Source: an uncultured Clostridia bacterium
Lineage (GTDB): Bacteria > Bacillota > Clostridia > Christensenellales > UBA1242
Direction of reading: 5' to 3'
Assembly: GCA_944349375.1 (NCBI GenBank)
Contig: CALVMV010000004.1
Span: forward strand, 44,178 to 108,177
Length of the DNA: 64,000 nucleotides
This document shows, piece by piece, positions 45,310 to 56,100 of the stretch. The notes beneath the pieces are model-generated. The model saw only the letters and a program-made list of their open reading frames with translations, was not told the DNA's origin and searched no databases. Made by a program: the position numbers and the translations under genes. Within the stretch, counting starts at the first letter, position 1. Every line of letters begins with the position of its first letter.

Positions 45310-45396
45310 ATTTTTAAAATTTTCTGTGTTTAAAAATGTTTTAACACAAGTTGATTAAGCAAACAATCATTTTCTTATTTTTATTACCGAACGGAA

Positions 45397-45412
45397 TGTT
45401 TCACGTGAAACA
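45397..45412. promoter_or_regulatory. parS centromere site 2
   Basis: TGTTTCACGTGAAACA is a perfect 16-bp palindrome matching the parS consensus. Confidence 0.85.
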
Positions 45413-45448
45413 TTTTTAGTTTTTTATTATAAAAAATTGTTAGTGCTA

Positions 45449-45483
45449 ATAAAAAAACACGCTTTAAATCTTAAAACGTGTTT
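45449..45483 (-). terminator. Probable terminator after parB
   Basis: AAACACG (45455-45461) pairs with CGTGTTT (45477-45483). A T-run follows on the minus strand. The loop is long (15 nt). Confidence 0.4.
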
Positions 45484-45488
45484 ATAAT

Positions 45489-46436
45489 TTATTGAGGATG
45501 TCTTTTGTTGTAATTTCTTAAATCACCTAATGTTATTTCTTTTTTCTTTAAAAGTTCTATTAAGTCTGATAACCTATCTAAATCATCTCTAGAATAATAG
45601 TCAATATAAATTCTTCCTTTATTATCATTTCCTATAGCTGATACTTTTGTAGAGAAAACTCTTTGCATATCTGAAATTAATTCTTTTAGTTCTAAAGATT
45701 GCTCATTTGTTTTAGCAGGTTTTGTTTTTGATGGATTTAAATAATTTCTTACTGCCTTTTCTAAATCTCTTACAGACATCTTTCCGTCACATGATTGTTT
45801 AGCAAGTTTAATTTGTGTTGTTGTATCATCAATTGAAACTAAAGTTTTTGCATGACCGCTAGATAATCTTCCGTCTTCTACCATTTTTATTACTTCTGGA
45901 TATAATGATAATAGTCTTAAGGTATTAGCGATATTAGAACGACTCTTTCCAATTCTTTCAGCAACTGTTTCTTGCGTCAAATTATATTCTTCCATTAATT
46001 GTTTTATAGCACGTGCTGCTTCAATAGGATTTAAATCTTCGCGCTGTAAATTTTCTATTATCGAAATTTCTTTTATTTGTTTATCTGTGTAATTTTTAAT
46101 AACGACAGGAACTTTTTCTAAACCAGCAATCTTGGAAGCTCTCCATCTTCTTTCTCCGGCAATTATCATGTAGTTGCCATTATCTAATTTATTAACAACT
46201 AATGGTTGAATTACACCATGCACCTTTATCGAATTTGCCAATTCTTGCAAGGCGCTTTCATCAAAGTGTTTTCTTGGCTGATTAGGATTAGGTGTTATCT
46301 TGCTTAATTCTATTTCATCAACACCTTTTATTTGTTCATTAGTAGTCTTTTTTGTAGCATTGGTCTCTGCTTGCTCGTTGTCATAAAAAGCAAATAAAGA
46401 TTCTAACCCTCTGCCTAAGCCTTTTTTCTTTTCCAT
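45489..46436 (-). CDS. parB: Chromosome partitioning protein ParB/Spo0J
   Basis: ParB box motifs (GVIQPLVV, IIAGERRWRASK, IENLQREDLNPIEAA) and an HTH region. Confidence 0.9.
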   Translation of the reverse strand: MEKKKGLGRGLESLFAFYDNEQAETNATKKTTNEQIKGVDEIELSKITPNPNQPRKHFDESALQELANSIKVHGVIQPLVVNKLDNGNYMIIAGERRWRASKIAGLEKVPVVIKNYTDKQIKEISIIENLQREDLNPIEAARAIKQLMEEYNLTQETVAERIGKSRSNIANTLRLLSLYPEVIKMVEDGRLSSGHAKTLVSIDDTTTQIKLAKQSCDGKMSVRDLEKAVRNYLNPSKTKPAKTNEQSLELKELISDMQRVFSTKVSAIGNDNKGRIYIDYYSRDDLDRLSDLIELLKKKEITLGDLRNYNKRHPQ

Positions 46437-47255
46437 TTATTTATCTCCTCTTAACTTTATTTTTGTGTCTTTAGTAATTTGCTTGTATTTGATTTTATTT
46501 CTATCTAAAAATTCTTCAGCTAATGACAAATATGCTTCAGCGCCCTTAGAATTAGGCTCATATATCATAATCGGTTCTCCATGACTAGGAGCTTCTGCAA
46601 GTCGAATATTTCTTGGTATATATGTAAAGAAAACTTTTTTACCAAAAAACTTTATTATTTCATCACTAACTTGAGCTGTTAATTTTGACTTTTTGTCTTT
46701 CATTGTCATTACAACACCTTCAACATCTATAGAAGGATTTAGATGATATTTGATCAGTCTAATAGTATTCATAAGTTGAGTGATGCCCATTAATGGATAA
46801 AATTCACATTGCATAGGAATAATAACTGAATCACATGCTGTTAAAGCGTTTACAGTGATTAAGCCTAAAGATGGCGGACAGTCAATCATTATGAAATCAT
46901 AACTTTCCCTTAATGGATCAAGGATTTGTTTAATTATTTTTTCTCTCTGAGGCATTTGAACCATTTCTATTTCAGCCCCTGCAAGATCAACCGTAGATGG
47001 TAAAACATCTAAATTTTCAAGAGATGTATGTTGTATAACTTCTTGAGCAGAACAATCTCCAGATATTAAGTCATATACCGTTTTCATCTCGCTGTCTTTA
47101 TCTATGCCCAAGCCACTAGTTGCATTTCCTTGAGGATCTAAATCTACTACTAGGCATTTTTTTTCCATTGCACAAATGTATGCGGCCAAGTTAATACAAG
47201 TTGTGGTTTTTCCAACTCCACCTTTTTGATTTGCAAAAGCAACAATTTTTCCCAT
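46437..47255 (-). CDS. parA: Chromosome partitioning ATPase ParA/Soj
   Basis: The deviant Walker A KGGVGKTT is present. Start set to the ATG at 47255 (MGKIVAFANQ). It abuts parB. Confidence 0.9.
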   Translation of the reverse strand: MGKIVAFANQKGGVGKTTTCINLAAYICAMEKKCLVVDLDPQGNATSGLGIDKDSEMKTVYDLISGDCSAQEVIQHTSLENLDVLPSTVDLAGAEIEMVQMPQREKIIKQILDPLRESYDFIMIDCPPSLGLITVNALTACDSVIIPMQCEFYPLMGITQLMNTIRLIKYHLNPSIDVEGVVMTMKDKKSKLTAQVSDEIIKFFGKKVFFTYIPRNIRLAEAPSHGEPIMIYEPNSKGAEAYLSLAEEFLDRNKIKYKQITKDTKIKLRGDK

Positions 47256-47450
47256 TTTTATTTTCCTTTTATTTTCTTCTTTTAATAATAATAGCACAAA
47301 AATAAAAAAAATTAAAGAAAAAATATAGAAAATTAATATAATTAAGTGAAAAACAAGTAAAAACTAATTAATTTTTTGTTTAAATAACAAATGAAATTAA
47401 TAATTTAATTATAATTTGAAAAATTTTAAAATTGTGTTATAATAATAAAA

Positions 47451-48524
47451 ATGAAAATAAAAAGTTTAAAATTGACAAATATAAGGTCTTATTCAAATGC
47501 TTTTTTTGAATTTGAAGACAATTTAAATGTATTAGTTGGAGAAAATGCTCAAGGGAAAACTAATGTTCTTGAGGCTATTTTTTATTCAGTAATAGGAAAA
47601 AGCTTTAGAACAAATAGAGAAAAAGATTTAATTTTATGGGGATCAGATATAGGTAAAATAGAAGCTTTGTTTGATAATAATTATAGAGATATTAAAATTG
47701 AAATTATTATTAAAAAGGAAGGGAAGAAAGTTGTACTAGTCGATGGAGTGTGTTTGCATAAACTTGGAGAATTATTAGGAAGAACAAATGCTGTATTTTT
47801 TTCTCCTAATGAATTAAAATTAGTAAAAGAAAGTCCTGATGATAGAAGAAAATTTTTAAATATTGCTATTTCACAAACAAATAAAAGATATTTTTATTTA
47901 TTAAGTCGTTATGACAAGGTTTTGGCAAATAGAAATAAGTTATTAAAATCTACTCATGATCTTAATGTTATAAGAGAGACTATAGATATTTGGGATAGAT
48001 CTTTATGCGAAATTGCAGAGAAAATATTCTTAGAAAGAAAAAAGTTTGTAGAAGAATTAACTCCTTTTGCCGAAAAAGCTCACGAATATCTTTCTAATAA
48101 CAAAGAAATATTAAAAATTGAGTATAAAAGCGATTTTAAAGAAAATTATAAACAAAATATGCTTAAGGCTCTGCAAAAAAATTTTGAAAAAGATTATAAA
48201 TTAGGTTTTACAAGTGTAGGAGTTCATAGAGATGATTTAAATCTTTTTATAAATGACAAAGAAGTTAAAATTTTTGGCTCTCAAGGTCAGCAAAGGACTG
48301 TTGCACTTTCATTGAAGTTAGCCGAACTTGAATGCAATAAAAACAGAATTGGTCAATATCCAATTTTATTGTTAGATGATGTTTTTAGTGAATTAGATGA
48401 AAATAGGAGGAATAAATTACTAAATTTTACTAAAAAAGCACAAACAATATTAACAACGACTGATATAAATGAAAAAATAAAAGCAAAAATATTTAAAATT
48501 AAAAAAATAATTAAAAATTATTAA
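47451..48524 (+). CDS. recF: DNA replication and repair protein RecF
   Basis: LKLTNIRSYSN...VLVGENAQGKTNVLEAI and the C-terminal LLLDDVFSELD. Confidence 0.9.
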   Translation: MKIKSLKLTNIRSYSNAFFEFEDNLNVLVGENAQGKTNVLEAIFYSVIGKSFRTNREKDLILWGSDIGKIEALFDNNYRDIKIEIIIKKEGKKVVLVDGVCLHKLGELLGRTNAVFFSPNELKLVKESPDDRRKFLNIAISQTNKRYFYLLSRYDKVLANRNKLLKSTHDLNVIRETIDIWDRSLCEIAEKIFLERKKFVEELTPFAEKAHEYLSNNKEILKIEYKSDFKENYKQNMLKALQKNFEKDYKLGFTSVGVHRDDLNLFINDKEVKIFGSQGQQRTVALSLKLAELECNKNRIGQYPILLLDDVFSELDENRRNKLLNFTKKAQTILTTTDINEKIKAKIFKIKKIIKNY

Positions 48525-48625
48525 AAAATATTAAAAATTATAAAAAATTCATTAAATAATATAAAATTTTAATATTTTTTTAAAAATAAAATAAAAAAGA
48601 TAAAAAAATACTATTTCATAATAAA

Positions 48626-48662
48626 ATAAAAGACAATAACATTTAAATTGTCTTTTATTTTT
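48626..48662. terminator. Bidirectional terminator between recF and trpS
   Basis: AAAGACAAT (48628-48636) pairs with ATTGTCTTT (48647-48655), with flanking A/T runs. Confidence 0.6.
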
Positions 48663-48697
48663 TATTTATTTTTTATTTTTCAGTTTATTTTTTTGTT

Positions 48698-49756
48698 TTA
48701 TAAAATTTTATAATTAATTCCCATTGCTTTTTTTACATTTTTTAAATTTTCTTTAGCAAATTTACTAGCTTTTTCGCTACCATTAAATAAAATTTCGTAA
48801 ACAGAATCAATATTTTGTTCTAATTCTTTTCTTTTATTCCTTATTGGAGTTAACAAATCATTAATTATATTGTTTAAGAATAGTTTTACTTTAACATCTC
48901 CAAGTCCACCTCTTTTGTAATGAGATTTTAGTTCGTCCAAATTTTTGTATTCTGGCAAATATTTTTTAAAATGTTCATCATTAGCAAAGGCATCAAGATA
49001 ACTAAAAACTATATTTCCTTCTATTTTTCCGGGATCAGAGACCTTTATATGTGTTGGATCTGTATATGCAGACATAATTTTTTCTTTTACCGTTTTTTCA
49101 TCATCACACAAATAGATAGCGTTTCCGGCAGATTTAGACATTTTTACTTTACCGTCAAGCCCCGGAAGTCTTGCGCAAACTTTAGATTTTGGGACAAAAG
49201 GCTTTACTTCGTTAAAAATTTGAGAGTAAGAACTATTAAAAGATTTGACTATTTCGTTTGTAACTTCTATTACAGGTAATTGATCTTCGCCAACGGGAAC
49301 AACATTTGCGTTAAAAGCTAGGATATCTGCTGCTTGAGATACAGGATAATTTAAAAAACCTATTGGTAAAGATGTTGAAAAGCCTCTTTGTTTTATTTCT
49401 TCCTTAATAGTTGGATTTCTTTGAAGTCTTGAAACTGTTACAAGATTCATAAAATAGGCAGTTAATTCAAAAAGTTCGGGAACCATTGATTGAATGAATA
49501 TGCAAACTTTGTTGGGATCAATGCCTGCTGATAAATAATCAATTGCAACTTGAATAATATTGTTGCGAATTTTATTGATATCATGTGCATTATCTGTTAA
49601 AGCTTGCGTATCTGCTATCATTATAAAATATTTATCATATTCGAAGTTATTTTGCATTTCAATTCTTGTTTTTAAACTTCCAACATAATGTCCTAAATGC
49701 AAATTGCCAGTAGGACGATCTCCAGTTAATATAATATTTTTCATTTTTTTCTCCAT
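48698..49756 (-). CDS. trpS: Tryptophan--tRNA ligase
   Basis: HIGH-type motif GNLHLGHY and the KMSKS motif. The second ATG at 49744 has the better RBS (GGAGAAAAAA). Confidence 0.9.
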   Translation of the reverse strand: MEKKMKNIILTGDRPTGNLHLGHYVGSLKTRIEMQNNFEYDKYFIMIADTQALTDNAHDINKIRNNIIQVAIDYLSAGIDPNKVCIFIQSMVPELFELTAYFMNLVTVSRLQRNPTIKEEIKQRGFSTSLPIGFLNYPVSQAADILAFNANVVPVGEDQLPVIEVTNEIVKSFNSSYSQIFNEVKPFVPKSKVCARLPGLDGKVKMSKSAGNAIYLCDDEKTVKEKIMSAYTDPTHIKVSDPGKIEGNIVFSYLDAFANDEHFKKYLPEYKNLDELKSHYKRGGLGDVKVKLFLNNIINDLLTPIRNKRKELEQNIDSVYEILFNGSEKASKFAKENLKNVKKAMGINYKIL

Positions 49757-49885
49757 AAACTTGTTTTTTATTATAAATTTTTAATCTGATATTGTCAAGC
49801 GATAAAAGCTTTTTTGGTTTTTTATAAAAATGAAAAACGAAAAAAAGCTTCTCTTATTCTTGATAATTTTTTAATTCAAAAATTG

Positions 49886-49983
49886 AAAAAAAATTAGAAA
49901 ATATAAAAAATTTTATAAAAAATGTAAAAAATTATAAAAAATCATCAAAAAAACAATAAAAAATCAAAAAAAATGTTAAAAAA
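49886..49983. repeat. Helically phased A-tract array (probable intrinsically bent DNA)
   Basis: A5-8 tracts start at 49886, 49905, 49917, 49926, 49936, 49947, 49958, 49966 and 49978. From 49905 onward the spacings are 8-12 nt. Confidence 0.6.
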
Positions 49984-50184
49984 TAATTTTTTTTAAAAAA
50001 ATAAGACTGAAAAAGTCTTGTTTTATGTAAAGAAAAAATGTTTTATTATAAATTAAATAAAAAATATTTTTGTCGTAAAAGATCAAAAAATGTTTGATTT
50101 TAATTTATGAAAAAGATATAATATTCTATGTATTAAACTTAAATAAAAAAACAAAATAAAATTGTCGAAAAAAGGGAGTTTATT

Positions 50185-53100
50185 ATGTCAAAGAAAATAA
50201 TTAAAAAATTATCAACTCTTGCTCTTGCAATTCTTAGTTTGGGAGTTGTTTTTTTGATGTTAGGATTGGTTAATTTAAATTCTAAGGCAGAAGAATCTTT
50301 ATCTGATAATTCTGTTAACTTTGATCAGTCAGAAGCTTGGGTTGATGAAATTGTATTAGGTGCGGCTTCAATTACAAATGAAAACCATTTTGGTAAAACT
50401 TGTATGGTTATTGATAGTGCTGAGGATTTAGCGCAGGTAGCATATGAAGTTTCGCAAGGGACAAACTCATCTTATACGAATGGTTATTTTTATTTGGCTC
50501 AGGATATTAATTTGCGAGGGAAGTTGTGGACTCCTATTGGAACGACAACCCATCCTTTTTCAGGGACTTTTTTCGGTAATGGATATAAAATTTCAAATGT
50601 TGTGATTTCTCAGGCATCCATAATTTCTGGCAACGATATTGGTTTGTTTGGTGCCGTTACTGGTTCTATTGTTGATTTAACTGTAGAAGGGGCGTTTGGT
50701 GTATCCTCATTAGTAGATTCTTCAACAAATAATATTGGACATATTGCAGGAAGTTTGCAAAGCTCGGGAGAAATTATAAACTGTTTTGATGAAATGATTG
50801 TTTCACTTCAAGATGGATTTAAATCTATTGGTAATACGGCTTCTTCGGCTAAAGTAATTTATCCTTCAAGCAAAAATGGTATCGAAGAAGGATTAACTAC
50901 CGTCGAAGATATGCAATCTAAAATATCTTTTAATGGAACTCCACAAACAGGATATTCAGTTTATTACAATACAAATGTAGCTGCAACTAGTGGCGATATA
51001 GAGGGAACTGGTGTAGGATTTTATCAAAATGGAAATTATATTTTTTCAGGAAATAAAGAAGAATCTCAACAAGTAAGAGTAGCTTTTGCAAATGTTTCTG
51101 AAGATACATATTCAAGTATTATTACTTTAAATAATCCTTTATATTTTTCTCAAACACCTTTACTTAGAGAATCTGCCGTTGGAAGCCAAGTTTATGTTTT
51201 AAGAACGGGTTACAAAGCAACATTTTCTGCGCCTTCATTAGAAAATAGTGGAATTGTAAACATTTCATGGAATCAAGCGACAGTCAATGTTTCTTACAAT
51301 TATGGCTATGGCTCAAGAACGGTGAATTTTGAAACTCCTTATGACAATCCTTGGACTAACGTAATTGCTACAAAAGAAATTGTAAGGCTTGGTTATCAAT
51401 CTAATACTTTATATAGTGAATCTTCAATGCAAACTCTTCTTAATACAACTGATAGAGCGAATTATGTTTCTTATTATGCAAAGAACGGAGATTGCGTTTA
51501 TATAAAATGGTCAGATCCAAAAAATTTGACAGGTAAATTATATGTTGGTGCAGACACTAACGAAGGTGGCTCTTTTAAAAATCCTTCTGCAAGCAATGCT
51601 TATTCAAATTTAAATGTTTCTGGTGCAGATGTTCTTAGTCAATCTTCAAATTATAGCGATCTTTCTAATATAATTGCTGGGCAAGATGTTGTTATCAATT
51701 TCTCATTAAATTCAGGTTATACATTCCAATTAGCAGGATTAGGAACAAACTTGCTTACAAAAAGTTCTTGGGACGGAACAGGGATTACTAATTTGACTAC
51801 TGGAGCTTATACATATTACCCTAATTCGACCGGAAAGGATAGCGACGGTCAAAGTTATATTATCGGTACAGATGGAGGATATTATGATGCATATACTCCT
51901 ATAGAAATTAAGGTGGAAAAATCAGATAGTAATTTCACTATTACAATTAAAAACATCGTTGATAACGGTGGAGAAATAGTTTTATTGTTCGGAAGAGAAC
52001 AGAAAGAAATATCTATTCAAGGAACAGGTTTGGATAGATTAAGCAGTGCCACTATAATTAATCACGAGGCGAGCCAAACTTCTTTAGATTGGGAAAGCAA
52101 AACAATAACTACCAAAATTGGGGAATCTTTTGATTTTGTTGTTTCATCAGTAGGGCAAGATTATTTTATCTTATCTAGATCGGTAAATGGTTTTGTTTGC
52201 GACAATATCATTGAAGAAGAAGAGACCCCTGTTGGAGAAAGTAAGTTTTATCAAAAAATTACATTTGAAATAAATGCCTTTTCTCCAGAACCAGCTGTAG
52301 AAGATTATTATATAACACTAAATATTAATAGATTATTAACTTATATAAAAGTTCAAATCGGTGAAGAAGGAAAATTTTTTGATAATGTTGCAGAAAACAG
52401 AAAGGCGACTGTTTCTGTTTCAAGTTCGGGAATAGAAAGTATGTCAACTAATAGTCAAGTTACATTACAGGTCCCTATGACAACAAACACGACTATTACT
52501 TTTAATGCAAATGGATTTTATTCTTTAGCTTCTGTGGACGGAGTAAGTGTTCCTTTTGAAAACAATGCTATATCTCAAACTTTTTCAAAATTTTCTAATG
52601 ATCCTTCAGCTCCAGCTTATATCATAACATTTAATCCAACAAAGAATTATTATAATTTAAACATAGTTTATATGATAGATGGGATAGAAGTTTCTAAAGA
52701 AATCGCTGAAAAATTTGTAAAATTTAATGGAAAAACTTCAAGCTTAGACTTTGAACAAACAGAAAATTACTCTTTAAAACTCACAGAATCAGCGAAAACA
52801 TGGTTAAAATATGATTTTTCTATCCAAGCTAGCGATTTAGGAAACAATTCAACAGGATATCAAGCTTCTGTATTAGAAGGGGCAAGTTCTGGTCTGTTAA
52901 ATGCTTCTTTCGATTCTGAAAACGCAACAAGTTCTTTTAATTACAAACCAGGAACTTTTAATTCAACTTTAACTATTAATTTGTCGAGAAAAGAAATTAA
53001 TGTAAACTTTAATAACTTAACACTAAATGATGATAAAACAATTCTTCCAGATTCTAGTTCTCTTTATGGGAGTATGACTTTAAAATATGATTATAACGGA

Positions 53101-56100
53101 ACAGGATCTTTAAACATTACAGGAGGTGGATTCAGTTCTATTTCAATTGAAAATGGATACTATCTTGTTGGGTGGTATTTGACTGGTGGAAAAACAATTA
53201 CTGCATTTTCAAATAACGACCTTATACAAGATGTAGAATTCAGGAATTTTATATCACAGTCAGCATCTGGTAATAAAAATTCTCCTATAACAGTTTCGGT
53301 TAGTCCACTGGTTGAAAAGAGAGTAGTTAGATTATCTTATAGTGCTAATGGTGAAGGTGAACAACAAGGAGTAAGTTCAGATGATTTAATAACTGCTCCA
53401 GAATATGTTTATGGAAGTGCTCCAATTGCTTTAAGCACTGAAAAATTTAAGAAAATCGGTTATAGATTTAATAGTTGGTCAACAGAATTTGGAACAATTT
53501 CCGATAATCAATACTCTTTGACAGGTAATGCATGGAATACATTGTGGGAAAATAGTGCAGGGCAGTCTAAACATTCTTGGACAAGTTTTGCAAGTTCTGA
53601 TGAAGAAAAATATAAAGATGTTATTTTAACAGCACAATTTGAAGCTTTAGTTTATACTATTTCAGTAGATTCGTTATCAGAAATCAATATTTCAATAGGA
53701 CAAACAATCAATTTTGTTGCCGCTGGCAATGGAGAATATGCAACTTATACAAATAACGAGACACAAGCCACAGTAACAGGTTCATCACTTGCAGGTTACA
53801 CTGCAATATCTTTTGTGATAAAAGGGAACATTACACCTGAAGTTACTGAAAATAGTTTAACAAGTTTTGTGTTAAGCTTGGATAATATTAAAAAATTTAT
53901 TTCTGTAGAGAATTATTATTCAGTATCAGAAACTGCAGAGTTGACAATTAATACAGAAAGAGAAGCGAATACTTACAAAATTTATATTCAATCAAACTCT
54001 AACAAATATTATACTGTTTCTTTAGCTGAAGGGACTACAGCAGAACAAGGTGGAATTGATGCAACAGGAACTTATGTCCTTGTAAAATATAATGAGCTAC
54101 CTGCCAACTTAGATAAAGTTTCAGTAGTGCGTAATGGTTACAATCATGTTGGTTTTACTTATAACTCAACAGATTTTGATGCGTCACAAAAATACACTAT
54201 AACAAGCGATATTACAATAATTCCTAAATTTGAGAGAGATGAAAAAAGTGATTTTGTTAAAAATCAAATTGTTTTAACTGAAAGTGATGTTTTTAAAACC
54301 CAAAACAAGGTTACTGGAAAAAACTATGAATTTTATTTAGTAAATGGAACTACAGAAACAATTATTAGTGCAAACAATATAAGCAATTTTGGAAATGGGG
54401 ACATTGTAAGCGAACAACTTTTTAAAAGCAAAAATTCGGAAGTAAGTAGAATTGGCAGAGACATATCATTTGATTATATTATTAATAAAGTTATGGAAGG
54501 GATCCTTGACGGGACAAATATTGAACTTCAATATGTTGTTACAATAATAGATTCGTTATCCGGTGAGACTTATGATTTAACATATGATGTTCATGCTTTC
54601 TCAATCTTGCCTAATGAAATCGTTTTTGAAAATTTATCTTTAAAAACATATTATACAGGAACTAGCGATTATCTTGCTACTGAAGATTCTAATTTTGGAA
54701 ATGTTTTAGATTTCAAATACGATTTAAATGGAGAAGTTCTTTTAAAAGAGGAACAAAACACTGAATTAATTAATGACTTTATCAACACAAATCAATATCA
54801 GGTGAATGTGTCTGGAGATGATTATAATGTTGGAACAAAAAATGTTAGGATTATTTTCAATGGAACAGATGTCGGAAATAACGTGGAATATATTTGGTCA
54901 AATGTTAAATCAGAATCTAAAGATAGTTTCTATGTTGATATTGAAAATGGAATTGAAATAGTTGAGAGTCCTGCTGTTATTACTTTTGATTCTAGCACAG
55001 GTATTTATGTTGAAGGGCTTGTTCAAACTATTGCGCAAAATGTTTCTAATCAAACTTTTAATGTTTTATCAAATCCTAAATATCAATTTACTTATTCTTT
55101 TGACAGCTTAACATTAAAAAATAATGCTGTAGGAACATACACAGGTTCAGAAGACCATACTTTAGATCAAGAAAAATTTGAAGTAACGAATTTTGTAGTT
55201 AAAAATGGTCAAGAAGTGGTAACTGGCAACTTTGAATGGGTTATCTCTAAAAACTCTACATATCAAGTTGTAGGTGGTGAAGGTTTTAATGCCGTTGAAT
55301 ATAGATATGAACCTAGGTATTTTACAGCTTCTAATGGTTCGTTAACAGGTATTACAGAAGGTTGGGGTGAACTTGGAAGAGAAAACATTTTCACTATTTC
55401 GGAATTGATGTTTGACGGTGTAAAAGTAAAACCAAACAATGGCGCAAATTTTGCATCACAATATAACCACATAGTTGATGGACAGATTTATTTTACTATT
55501 ATTGGAAATAATTCTTCAAAACTTGTTATTAAGTTAAACAATGATTTGATTGGTGGTCATACAATAACATTTAACATAACTGTAAGTGATGCACTTGAAG
55601 AAGGGCTTGTATTGTATAGCTGGCAAAATAATTTTGATATTGATGACTCTATCTTTGGTTCAATTGTTGCGACAAAGACTATTGATTTTGAATATGGCAC
55701 TACAACAGAAGGTAGCCATTATGCAATTTATACAAACGCAACAAAGGTAAATGTTGACTATAATTTGTCAGGCATTAAAAATGAAACTATTTATGTTGCA
55801 TATGGAGAAAATTACGATTTAAGCAACCCTATAGACAGTACAAGCGAATTAACTTTCAATGGATACCAATTAACAGGAAGTGGGCTTTCTATTGCAGATA
55901 GTGAAGGCAAAAAAGTTTTAAGCAACACAAATTCTGGTAGTTTGGCAAGCTTAAAAGCAAAATGGACTCTTTCAAATGTTTCTGTGTCGCAATTAGAAAC
56001 AGAATTTACAATTTCTCCTTTAGGAGTTGCTCCTACTAATGATTTTGATTTTACTACTATCTTTAGTACTTCTCCACAAAGAGCAAGTTTATCTTCTGAT

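Noticed and set aside
49757-50184. Search for a T-box riboswitch leader upstream of trpS
   Set aside because: The conserved T-box sequence (AGGGTGGTACCGCG-like) and a specifier-loop architecture are not present on the minus strand. The region is almost pure A/T. Only a weak inverted repeat (AAGCTTTTTT / AAAAAAGCTT around 49811-49854) was seen.
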